A stretch of 32,000 bases of DNA from Candidatus Saccharimonadota bacterium (GCA_049296095.1 JBAQRV010000001.1:570001-602000); one strand, 5' to 3'; positions 1 to 8,271 are shown, counted from the stretch's first letter. Translations and numbers: made by a program. Notes: generated by a model not told the origin, from the sequence alone.

Positions 1-684
1 ACAATTGCCAGAGAGGTCGATGGCGGTATTTACGTTCATGCTGGCCCAGAAATTTCTGTTGCAAGTACGAAAGCATTTACCTCTCAAGTTTCGGCAATGA
101 TTATGTTTGGGCTTCAAGTTGCGCAGGCAAAAGGCGTGGGTATCGAGACGACTGCAAAGTATGTCGATGAACTAGCGAAACTGCCAGATGAAATTGAGAA
201 GGTTCTCGAAAAACATAAAGATGAGATGCAAGCTGTTGCTAAGCAGTACGCTAAGTATGATCATGCACTATTCCTGGGTCGGGACACGGCCTTCCCGGCT
301 GCTATGGAGGGTGCTTTAAAACTGAAGGAAATATCATATATTCATGCCGATGGGCTGCCGAGTGGCGAACTAAAACATGGAACTCTCGCGTTGGTTGATG
401 ATCGTTTTTTTGAAGTATTTCTAATATTGGATGATTGGCTATTTGATAAATCAATTAGTGGACTCTCGGAAGTGAATGCTCGAGGAGGTCATGTGTTGGC
501 GATTACGAATAGTGACAAAGAGATTGATGCCGAAACGACCGTTCGAGTGAAGACTGAACTCGACGTGCTTGCACCAGTAGTGATCAACGTTGTGCAGCAA
601 TTGTTTGCCTACTATGTGGCTGTAGCGAAGGGAAATAACGTTGATCAGCCGCGTAACCTTGCAAAGAGTGTCACGGTTGAATAG
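1..684 (+). CDS. glmS: Glutamine--fructose-6-phosphate aminotransferase, C-terminal part (5'-truncated by window edge)
   Basis: Frame 1 is open from base 1 (TIAREVDGGIYVHAGPEISVASTKAF...). It ends ...VDQPRNLAKSVTVE, the canonical GlmS SIS-domain C-terminus. Confidence 0.9.
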   Translation, partial: TIAREVDGGIYVHAGPEISVASTKAFTSQVSAMIMFGLQVAQAKGVGIETTAKYVDELAKLPDEIEKVLEKHKDEMQAVAKQYAKYDHALFLGRDTAFPAAMEGALKLKEISYIHADGLPSGELKHGTLALVDDRFFEVFLILDDWLFDKSISGLSEVNARGGHVLAITNSDKEIDAETTVRVKTELDVLAPVVINVVQQLFAYYVAVAKGNNVDQPRNLAKSVTVE

Positions 685-1863
685 TTAGCCCGCGAACAAT
701 GAGCGGATAAAAGCGGTATAAAGAAATGCCTGAAGAATGAGGCCGCTGATAATCCATAGGTAAAGTACTAATTTTCTGTATCCATGACCAGCGATCAGAG
801 CGACGGCAATATAGATAGTTAAACTAGGTAGGATATAACGGTGGACAGATACGATATTGCTGTTCAGAGTAAACATTATAAATGATAAGATCCCTACAAT
901 GCCGAGTGGTAGTAATTTCTGACGATGTTTGAAAATCAGGTAGAGTGAACTCATGAGGAGTAAGATAAGACTCCAGAGCGGCAAAATAATGTTTACAAGC
1001 ATCTCATTATCAAATGGCCGAAGTCCTATGAATAATCTTACAACTTGGTAAGCTGATTTTGCGACCGTCTCAATGATGTTGGGACTAAATACTTGATAGG
1101 CCCAGTCGGTGGTTTGCGCATAGGCGTGGAACATACCAAGTGCGTCGTGTTGGGCGAATGAGAGATATGTGGCATAAGCGATAAATCCGAGAGGTGCGAG
1201 TAAAAAGAATAGTATATTTTTGTTAAAGAATTTTCGGGGATTCCAGTCATATGTTTTCAAGAACTCTAATCCACAAAGAGCAACGATAAGGAGTGATGGA
1301 AGGCGGGTTGCTGTTAGGAGTGCTAATAAAATACCAACGCCTAGCCATCGATGCGTCAGGGCGAGATAGTATGCCCAAAAACTTAGCGCCATGAAGACTG
1401 CTTCACTGTAAAACACATGGAGGAAGAACGCGGCGGGCGCTGACAGGACAAGAATGATTAACCAGAGCCGCTGCTTCTTGCCTAGGAGTAGCCGGGCGAG
1501 TTTGATAAGTGCGACAAGTGCAAACCACATAGCGACCGTATTAATGATTTGCCCAGCAATTGAATAATCAAATAGACCAAAGCCTAGGAAATGGATAATT
1601 CCAGTAAGTAGAGGAAACAGAGGATAGAAGGCAGATGATGCGAGGTTATTTGCATATTGACCATCTATGATCGTTTTGTACCACCCCGCGTCCCAACGCA
1701 TCGTATGATCGAAAAGCGACACAGAGCCACCGAAATGACTATCAATAGCAAAGCCACATATAGTCATAAGAATTTTCCAGACAATTGTTATTAAAAGAGC
1801 AGTACCGATGTCGGTTTGGCTAAAGGCCTTAAGCGACTTTAGAATAAAGGATGATGTTAACAT
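685..1863 (-). CDS. Polytopic membrane glycosyltransferase, GT-C fold (PIG-V/mannosyltransferase- or DUF2029-like)
   Basis: 392 aa with many TM helices and a DAGWYKTIIDGQY-type loop after TM1. Last gene of the minus-strand glycan operon, 4 nt after the GT4 gene. Confidence 0.55.
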   Translation of the reverse strand: MLTSSFILKSLKAFSQTDIGTALLITIVWKILMTICGFAIDSHFGGSVSLFDHTMRWDAGWYKTIIDGQYANNLASSAFYPLFPLLTGIIHFLGFGLFDYSIAGQIINTVAMWFALVALIKLARLLLGKKQRLWLIILVLSAPAAFFLHVFYSEAVFMALSFWAYYLALTHRWLGVGILLALLTATRLPSLLIVALCGLEFLKTYDWNPRKFFNKNILFFLLAPLGFIAYATYLSFAQHDALGMFHAYAQTTDWAYQVFSPNIIETVAKSAYQVVRLFIGLRPFDNEMLVNIILPLWSLILLLMSSLYLIFKHRQKLLPLGIVGILSFIMFTLNSNIVSVHRYILPSLTIYIAVALIAGHGYRKLVLYLWIISGLILQAFLYTAFIRSLFAG

Positions 1864-1867
1864 GAGA

Positions 1868-2980
1868 TTACTTTGTATTATCTAAGATAATCTTATGGAT
1901 CTTTGTGGCGAACAAGCTTTTATCAAACCGCTTCGCCTTTCGATGTAAAGTCGCTGGTAAAAATGTAATAGTCTCGGCTTTCTTAATCGCGGCAACTAAA
2001 CCTTCAACGGTCTGTTGCTTAAATAGGATCCCAGTTTCTCCATCCTGAACAATGTCGAGTGAACCGCCCTTGGCATAGGCAATAACAGGTGTCCCTGCGG
2101 CGAGCGCTTCGACGGCGACGATGCCAAAATCTTCCTCGTTCGGAAATAGGAACCCCTTGGCAGATTGAACTCTGTGAATGAGCTCTCTATCACTGACGCG
2201 TCCAGTGAAGTGGATGGTTGGTCCAGCCAATTTCTTGAGCCGATTGGTATCTGGCCCGCTGCCCATGATGGTTAAACTCACACCTAGCTGGTTACATGCC
2301 TCTATGGCAAGATCAAATCGCTTGAATGGTACATGGCGTCCCCACATGATATAGCCATCGCGCTCACCTTTAGGTGGGGGGGTAAAATTATCGACGTTGA
2401 CGGGGGGATAAATAACAGTGCTTGGCTTCCCGTAGTACTGCTTGATGCGTTTTTGTACAACGGTCGAATTGGCAATAAAAACATCAATATCCTTCACCGA
2501 TTCGAGGTCCAGTTTTCGCATCCATTTCACAAAGAGAGGAATGACTGGTCGAATGATCGGCGTCAGAATCCCAAATCTAAATTCTTTCTTAAATTCCTCG
2601 TAGTGACTCCAGTAGTAGCGGATCGGTGTGTTGATGTAGGCGATGTGTACTTGACCTGGCCTCGTTTTACGAACAGCCTTTGACTCAGCCGTACTGACAC
2701 TGAGTATGATGTCGAATTCAGACAGATCGAGTTTGCGAAAAGCAAAAGCTCGCATCACTGGCCAGAGGGTGTGTTTGTAGCGGAGGAACTTTGGGAGTCG
2801 AGTTTGAAGGTATGTTGTGCGAACGTCAATCTTAGAAAAGGCGGTCATCTTGTCCGCATCGTAGACGGATGTATAGACTGGTGCCTTGGGGAAGATCTTA
2901 TGAAGTTCGAGTACCAGCTGTTCGGCGCCACCCATGTTGGTCAACCAATCAGTGACAATGGCAATCTTTGGTGCCGCCAC
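1868..2980 (-). CDS. Glycosyltransferase family 4 (GT-B, group 1)
   Basis: 370 aa with N-terminal GGAEQ motif and C-terminal EDFGIVAVEALAAGTPVIA (E-x7-E type) motif. GTG start overlaps the upstream stop by 1 nt. Confidence 0.85.
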   Translation of the reverse strand: MAAPKIAIVTDWLTNMGGAEQLVLELHKIFPKAPVYTSVYDADKMTAFSKIDVRTTYLQTRLPKFLRYKHTLWPVMRAFAFRKLDLSEFDIILSVSTAESKAVRKTRPGQVHIAYINTPIRYYWSHYEEFKKEFRFGILTPIIRPVIPLFVKWMRKLDLESVKDIDVFIANSTVVQKRIKQYYGKPSTVIYPPVNVDNFTPPPKGERDGYIMWGRHVPFKRFDLAIEACNQLGVSLTIMGSGPDTNRLKKLAGPTIHFTGRVSDRELIHRVQSAKGFLFPNEEDFGIVAVEALAAGTPVIAYAKGGSLDIVQDGETGILFKQQTVEGLVAAIKKAETITFLPATLHRKAKRFDKSLFATKIHKIILDNTK

Positions 2981-4428
2981 TACTTCGCTCCGCGGCCCTT
3001 TAGAACGACCAGGACTGTCTTGAACAAGATCCTAATGTCTAACCAGAAGGTCCAGTTTTGAGCATAGAAGAGTTCGAGATCGATGCGCTCCTCAAAGCTC
3101 AGTTCGCTACGACCAGAAACCTGCCACAGTCCCGTCACGCCAGATTTGACGCTGTGGAGGAGGGCGGCGCGACCTTTCGCATACTTTACCTCGCTTGGCA
3201 GGATAGGTCGGGGACCGACTAGGCTCAAATCACCTTTCAATACATTGAGGACCTGGGGGAGTTCGTCAATTGATGAGCGTCGGAGGAAACGTCCAAAGGC
3301 ATTTACTCGTGGATCGTTGGTGACCTTCTGATACTCCTCGTACTCTTTCGCAAGATCTTCTCGTCCCATTGCTCGAAATTCAGCAGCGTCGTCAACGATG
3401 CGGCCTTCAAAACCTGGCAGGTGAGACATGCTACGGAACTTGAGTAACCCAACTGGTTGAGAGAAACGAGACAGGCGATCATTTACATAGAAAACCTTAC
3501 CAGGGTTAAGAATCTTTTGGAGCAAGGCGATGACGATAAAGAGTGGTGTCAGCAAGATGGTGAGTATGAGGCTGACAGTGAAATCAAAGATCCGTTTGAT
3601 AATCGCACCCCAGCCAACGAGAGGGGTTTGATAGACCGAAATCATCGGATAGCCGAGGAAGACATCGATAGTGTTCTTGCCCGAATAGAATTCAGCCTCT
3701 CCGGGAATGAAGCTGTAATCGATGTGAGCTTTTTGCGCAGCTGACAAGATCTTTTGATTCTTGTCGGCGATTTCATATAAGTCAGTCTGGATGATGGCGT
3801 TGATCTCGTTGAGCTCGAGGTCCTTTATGGCAGCCTCGACGCGAGAATAATGGTGACCAGTGAAGTCATCAGGGAGGGCGGTTTTTGGTCCAGCGATGGC
3901 AACGATTTCATAGCCGCTTTTTGTGGTATCGCTGACTGCTTGGGCAATATCCTTGGTTGCGCTGGATGAGCCGATCAACAGGACGCGCTTTGTTCCCTTG
4001 CCGTAGCGGAACATGAGGCTTCGAATGAAACGCAGAATCTCGCGTTCGAGAACAATCAGGATAAACGAGCCAGCCAGGGCATAGATGGCAACGAGACGAG
4101 CCGGGAAGAGATCCTTGTCGCTAATGTATTCCCAACCAATAACCAGCAAAATACCAAGGAACGAGCCAATGGCGATTTTTGCCCACTCAACCAGACGACG
4201 ATTATAGGTGCTGGGACGGTACAGGCCGATAATCGCAAACAACAAGATCCAGAAGGGAATAATGAGGAGGAACGAGAACAGGTAGTCGAAGGCATAGATA
4301 TTGTTAATCAGTGGCCGTGGGTCGTATTGGACACGGGCAACATAGGCTAAAACGAAAGCGGTAATAAGGACGAGTGCATCGATCAGGATCAGAATGAAGC
4401 TGTAAAGCCTACTATTTCGGTGTTGCAT
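2980..4428 (-). CDS. Polyprenyl-phosphate sugar phosphotransferase (WbaP/bacterial sugar transferase family), initiating enzyme
   Basis: 482 aa with N-terminal TM bundle, central Rossmann-like region and C-terminal DELPQVLNVLKGDLSLVGPRP motif. Confidence 0.85.
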   Translation of the reverse strand: MQHRNSRLYSFILILIDALVLITAFVLAYVARVQYDPRPLINNIYAFDYLFSFLLIIPFWILLFAIIGLYRPSTYNRRLVEWAKIAIGSFLGILLVIGWEYISDKDLFPARLVAIYALAGSFILIVLEREILRFIRSLMFRYGKGTKRVLLIGSSSATKDIAQAVSDTTKSGYEIVAIAGPKTALPDDFTGHHYSRVEAAIKDLELNEINAIIQTDLYEIADKNQKILSAAQKAHIDYSFIPGEAEFYSGKNTIDVFLGYPMISVYQTPLVGWGAIIKRIFDFTVSLILTILLTPLFIVIALLQKILNPGKVFYVNDRLSRFSQPVGLLKFRSMSHLPGFEGRIVDDAAEFRAMGREDLAKEYEEYQKVTNDPRVNAFGRFLRRSSIDELPQVLNVLKGDLSLVGPRPILPSEVKYAKGRAALLHSVKSGVTGLWQVSGRSELSFEERIDLELFYAQNWTFWLDIRILFKTVLVVLKGRGAK

Positions 4429-4450
4429 AAGTATCGCTAGTATACCATTT

Positions 4451-4479
4451 TTGACATAGGTTTAACGAAAAGTTATAAT
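4451..4479 (+). promoter_or_regulatory. Orphan perfect sigma70-type promoter (TTGACA-17 nt-TATAAT)
   Basis: TTGACA at 4451-4456, a 17-nt spacer, TATAAT at 4474-4479. It points into a 244-nt intergenic region with no annotated plus-strand gene. Confidence 0.5.
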
Positions 4480-4635
4480 ATGGTTGTGATTAATTTCACA
4501 ACTAACAACCTAACATTATTAACGCAGTATTAACTCGTCTGCGGTCTGTTGTTTGTTGTCAAAAAGACTTGATTTTTTCATCAAATACCGTTATACTAAA
4601 GACATTCACATACCATGTTGTATGATGAACTCTTG

Positions 4636-4665
4636 GAGCGCTCCCCTGGAGCGCTCTTCGTTTTT
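4636..4665 (+). terminator. Intrinsic terminator, plus-strand oriented
   Basis: 9-bp GC-rich stem GAGCGCTCC/GGAGCGCTC (4636-4656, 3-nt loop) followed by TTCGTTTTT. There is a U-tract only in the plus direction. Confidence 0.5.
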
Positions 4666-4672
4666 ACTCGTT

Positions 4673-5161
4673 TTATAGGATACGTGTTGCCGTATCGAGG
4701 AGTCTTTGATAATAACGGCGGTTATGGTGGTCTACGGCGTAGGATGTGAGGAGGATCTTGCGATTCTTTGATTTACTCGTCCAGCGCAGGACGAGAATGT
4801 GATCATGTTCATGCAGCCATAAATACAGTGTTTCGCCTTTCGGCGTTGCAACCCAAAAACTATGAACCTCTGGCTCGGTATAGTTATTGATAATTGCTGG
4901 TATCCAGTGTAACTTTTCGGCCCGAGGATAATCGATGATTCGCATACCTAAAGTGTCATCGGTGCGGGTAACAAGATGTGTGAAGCCTTGTTCGTACTGA
5001 GGCATTAACTTGTCAGGTGCGGTATTAACAATAATGGGAAAGCCATCGATAGTGAGGCGAGCGCCAACTATATCGTCTCGGAATAGTTTATGGAGACGGG
5101 TATAATCATCGTCGAGCGAATTACCAAAGGTGAGAGGTGCGGGAAGCCAATCAGGACGCAT
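4673..5161 (-). CDS. Hypothetical protein, partner of the DUF3800 gene
   Basis: 162-aa ORF starting 11 nt downstream of the DUF3800 gene. No recognisable motif. TAGAAT lies 5 nt upstream of the ATG. Confidence 0.6.
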   Translation of the reverse strand: MRPDWLPAPLTFGNSLDDDYTRLHKLFRDDIVGARLTIDGFPIIVNTAPDKLMPQYEQGFTHLVTRTDDTLGMRIIDYPRAEKLHWIPAIINNYTEPEVHSFWVATPKGETLYLWLHEHDHILVLRWTSKSKNRKILLTSYAVDHHNRRYYQRLLDTATRIL

Positions 5162-5172
5162 ATTGTATTCTA

Positions 5173-5898
5173 TTACTCATCTTCCTGTTGCGGCTCGTGG
5201 GGTCGCCATTTGAATATATTGAACTTGTCTACGCCGTAAGGCGTTTGCATATCAAGTTTTTGGAGTGCATTTTCCTCGATGAGCGCAATAAGCGCATTTT
5301 TTGCAGTACCGGTAGAGAGGCGCCCACCATTCTTGGCGGCGACAGCACCAATCAAAAGGTCTGCCAATTGCAGTAGCGAGCTTTCGTATGAGCGGACAGG
5401 CTGAGCAGAGAAGGTTCTGTTTGCAAAGTCAGTCGTCCTTTTTAGGTAAGCAATGAGTTTTTGAGATTTAACGTATGACCAGGTGTCTTTGTAGTCCAAG
5501 TATATTTTAAAATTTGCCTCGCGCTTTCGAATGATATTCGTCAACATCGAGAATTGCATCTTGTAATAAAACTCGTCGGGACTTTGGTTGAAGAGATCAT
5601 GTCGGAGCTGGTCTGTTGGTACGACAATAGCGCGAAAGTTGAGGTTATCATCATCAAAAAAAAGCTGAATCAGATCCTGGTAGTACTGTTGTTTTGCGTT
5701 CGAGACTTTTGTCCACTTTATTTCACGCCGAGGTGGAATGCCATGCTTACGTTTGACGAGTGCGATCTTATCTCGGACGGTGTCGACGTAGTCGCTATAG
5801 CACCAAATGCTTCCAATCACCATATAAGGCCCTTGATTTTTCAAGTGTCGTGACTCATCTGAATAGACATTTATGGTGGGAAGTTGGGTTGTTGTCAT
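5173..5898 (-). CDS. DUF3800-family protein
   Basis: 241 aa with N-terminal INVYSDESRH and C-terminal LLQLADLLIGAV motifs, typical of DUF3800 as recalled. TAAAAT lies 6 nt upstream of the ATG. Confidence 0.7.
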   Translation of the reverse strand: MTTTQLPTINVYSDESRHLKNQGPYMVIGSIWCYSDYVDTVRDKIALVKRKHGIPPRREIKWTKVSNAKQQYYQDLIQLFFDDDNLNFRAIVVPTDQLRHDLFNQSPDEFYYKMQFSMLTNIIRKREANFKIYLDYKDTWSYVKSQKLIAYLKRTTDFANRTFSAQPVRSYESSLLQLADLLIGAVAAKNGGRLSTGTAKNALIALIEENALQKLDMQTPYGVDKFNIFKWRPHEPQQEDE

Positions 5899-5968
5899 GA
5901 TCTTATTTTAACACCTTAAGGTTCGATCGCTTCTCACGATCAATTAGTAGTAAAATAGAATTTAAGAA

Positions 5969-7297
5969 ATGATGCATAAACAACTCACATTAGATTTTCT
6001 AGACAAACTATTTATTGGGATCTTGTTGATTATCTTTGGTGGTATCGTGCTGCACGCCCCTCTAACAGTAGGTCTCAGTACCGTTTTTCCCTCGGTTGAA
6101 CTGCTGATTAAATCGTGGAAAGAAATCTTGATGATCGGTGCGGGGCTGCTACTAGTCGTGATATTGTGGCGTCGGCGGCAATGGATTATTCTTCGTAGCC
6201 CGATTCTATTGCTGATTTTTGGCTATGCTTTGTTGCATATCGCTCTCATCCCCCTTGCCTATACAGGTGTCGATCCGACCCTGGCAGGGCTGGCGATCGA
6301 TCTTCGCTATGTGGCGTTCTTTGCGCTCGTGTACGTTGCTATGCGGCTGTATCCGACGATGCGCCGACCATTTATCATCACGTTTGTCGCTGGGGCGCTG
6401 GTGGTGGCTGTGTTTGCAATCTTGCAAGTAACGGTGCTGCCAATTGATATTCTAAAATATCTCGGCTATGGCGAGGGAACGATTCAGCCGTACCTCTATC
6501 TTGATCAAAACCCTGATTACATTCGCATCAACAGCACGCTGCGTGGTCCAAACTCGCTAGGGGCCTATGGAGTGATCGTCCTGTGTTTGTTGGGAGCGTT
6601 CTGGCTGATAGGCAAGCGGCAACTCCTCAAGCGTTCAGCTCTTGTGGCTGCCGTATTGGGTGTTGGTGGTCTGGTGGCGGTATGGTTTAGCTATTCACGA
6701 AGTGCTTTGGCTGCCCTTGTGGCGGCTGTTGGTTTGGTTGTGGTGATTGCATTAGGGAAGAAGTTTCCACGTTGGCTGTGGGCAACTGCCGCTATCGCTG
6801 TGGTTGTGGTCGGACTTGGCTTATTTGTGGCTCGCGACAGTTCGTTCGTTGCTAATGTTATCCTCCACGACAATCCGACGACTGGTGCTGAAATGACCTC
6901 TAACCAAGGTCATGTTGATTCGCTTCAGGATGGGGTTGATCGCATGGTTCACCAACCGCTTGGTGGAGGGATTGGAAGCACTGGGTCGGCATCGCTGCTA
7001 GGTGATAAGCCGCTGATTATTGAAAATCAGTATCTCTATATTGCACACGAGGTTGGTTGGCTAGGCTTGGGACTGTTCTTGGTGATCTTGTGGAAGCTAT
7101 TTGCCCAGTTGTGGCAGCGTCGTCGTGATTGGCTAGCCCTTGGCGTATTCGCCAGTGGTATCGGGCTCGTTTTGATCGGACTCTTACTCCCAATCCTAGT
7201 TGATGATACAGTAGCTATTATATGGTGGGGCCTGGCGGCACTCGCTTTAGGAGGATCTTATGGAACGCTCGACAAAAAAACAAAAAGAACTGCTTGA
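5969..7297 (+). CDS. O-antigen ligase/polymerase-like (Wzy_C family) membrane protein
   Basis: 442 aa, about 10-12 TM helices, with YSRSALAALVAAVGL and a periplasmic loop typical of O-antigen ligase-like proteins. Confidence 0.7.
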   Translation: MMHKQLTLDFLDKLFIGILLIIFGGIVLHAPLTVGLSTVFPSVELLIKSWKEILMIGAGLLLVVILWRRRQWIILRSPILLLIFGYALLHIALIPLAYTGVDPTLAGLAIDLRYVAFFALVYVAMRLYPTMRRPFIITFVAGALVVAVFAILQVTVLPIDILKYLGYGEGTIQPYLYLDQNPDYIRINSTLRGPNSLGAYGVIVLCLLGAFWLIGKRQLLKRSALVAAVLGVGGLVAVWFSYSRSALAALVAAVGLVVVIALGKKFPRWLWATAAIAVVVVGLGLFVARDSSFVANVILHDNPTTGAEMTSNQGHVDSLQDGVDRMVHQPLGGGIGSTGSASLLGDKPLIIENQYLYIAHEVGWLGLGLFLVILWKLFAQLWQRRRDWLALGVFASGIGLVLIGLLLPILVDDTVAIIWWGLAALALGGSYGTLDKKTKRTA

Positions 7298-7685
7298 TTT
7301 CGTCGACAGTTTTATTCAGCAACACGGCTTTGGTCCGAGCTATCGTGAGGTCATGACGGCGCTTGGCTATAAATCTGTTTCGACAGTGGCAATTCATATT
7401 GATGGCCTAATCGCCAAGGGCTATTTACGCAAACGTGATCGATCAGCTCGGTCTCTCGAGGTCGTTTCGACCCAGTTTAAAGGCGGACCTGCGCCAGTGA
7501 AGGGCCCGACGGCTTCGCAGGAGAAGTGGATTGTGTCGGCGATTAATGATCGGTTTGCTCGCTTTGAGCAGTCTCGTGATCAAATGACGCTGGATGAGCT
7601 GTACGTTTTGATTGGAACTTTGAAGATTCTGGGGTTGGATGCGGCGCATGAGTCGACTAAGGCGCGGTTGGGCAAATTGAGGTAA
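7260..7685 (+). CDS. LexA-like DNA-binding-domain protein lacking the S24 peptidase domain
   Basis: N-terminus KQKELLDFVDSFIQQHGFGPSYREVMTALGYKSVSTVAIHIDGLIAKGYLRK matches the LexA wHTH. Only 141 aa, with no Ser/Lys peptidase motifs. AGGAGG lies 6 nt upstream. Overlaps the upstream gene by 38 nt. Confidence 0.75.
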   Translation: MERSTKKQKELLDFVDSFIQQHGFGPSYREVMTALGYKSVSTVAIHIDGLIAKGYLRKRDRSARSLEVVSTQFKGGPAPVKGPTASQEKWIVSAINDRFARFEQSRDQMTLDELYVLIGTLKILGLDAAHESTKARLGKLR

Positions 7686-7714
7686 TTGATCTATCGAAAG
7701 CTTGGGTATATACT
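7686..7714 (+). promoter_or_regulatory. Sigma70-type promoter (TTGATC-17-TATACT)
   Basis: TTGATC at 7686-7691 and TATACT at 7709-7714, upstream of the 7763 ORF. Confidence 0.5.
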
Positions 7715-7762
7715 AAGCGCAAGCATATCGTATTAACGAGCTAAAATAAACAAAACACAACC

Positions 7763-8077
7763 ATGCGCCAAGATATTATTCCTCATTCACGAGTTGCTCG
7801 AGCACAGGTTCGTTCTATTCCTCGCAGTGTCCATGCGGCACGTCGTGTTATGGGTGATATATACGTTCGCAGAACGCGTGTCACAGATGAATACGTAGAA
7901 GTGACGGAGACGTATATCGCAGAACCTGCACCAATGACGCGGCCTATCGAACACCTATCGCCAGAGGATAAGGTGGAGGTATTACAACGAGCCCTTGCGC
8001 GTGCCCAGGTTGAACTAAAGGCCGAGCACCGATCGCGACGAGGACTGCGAAAGCTGACACTCACAAAAGTTTTATAG
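7763..8077 (+). CDS. Hypothetical Arg-rich protein (uncertain)
   Basis: 104-aa ORF downstream of a good promoter but with no SD. A 100-aa ORF is also open on the opposite strand. The C-terminal half looks helical. Confidence 0.4.
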   Translation: MRQDIIPHSRVARAQVRSIPRSVHAARRVMGDIYVRRTRVTDEYVEVTETYIAEPAPMTRPIEHLSPEDKVEVLQRALARAQVELKAEHRSRRGLRKLTLTKVL

Positions 8078-8125
8078 TCTAGCATTGACGAGCCTACAGG
8101 GGTAAGGGTATAATATCCCTTGTAT

Positions 8126-8200
8126 TCCGACGTAGCTCAATGGTGGAGCAAGAAGCTGTTAACTTCGAGGTTGCTGGTTCGAGTCCAGCCGTCGGAGCCA
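8126..8200 (+). tRNA. tRNA-Asn (anticodon GTT), CCA encoded
   Basis: Cloverleaf folded by hand: acceptor TCCGACG/CGTCGGA, D arm GCTC/GAGC, anticodon loop CTGTTAA, T arm GCTGG-TTCGAGT-CCAGC. Promoter TTGACG-18-TATAAT at 8085-8114. Confidence 0.9.
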
Positions 8201-8216
8201 AGAGTATATATGTGAC

Positions 8217-8256
8217 AAGAAGTCTAGTATCCATCTAAGCTACTAGACTTCTTTTA
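8217..8256 (+). terminator. Intrinsic terminator after tRNA-Asn
   Basis: 13-bp stem AAGAAGTCTAGTA/TACTAGACTTCTT followed by a T-rich tail. Confidence 0.6.
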
Positions 8257-8271
8257 ATATATAATTGGAGC

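Noticed and set aside
4615-4752. A 45-codon plus-strand ORF (MLYDELLERSPGALFVF...) downstream of the second promoter-like element.
   Set aside because: It reads straight through the terminator hairpin and is antisense into the 162-aa gene. It has no SD. The hairpin is the more parsimonious explanation of this sequence.
5656-5663. An A8/T8 homopolymer inside the DUF3800 coding region, considered as a phase-variation switch.
   Set aside because: Eight bases is at the low end for slippage-mediated switching, and the frame is intact here. It is noted only as context in the DUF3800 finding.
7864-7876. The CGTTC-GCA-GAACG palindrome, considered as a possible SOS/LexA box next to the LexA-like gene.
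   Set aside because: The half-site order and spacing (GTTC-N3-GAAC) do not match the known Cheo-box architecture (GAAC-N4-GTTC). It lies about 100 nt inside an ORF rather than at a promoter.
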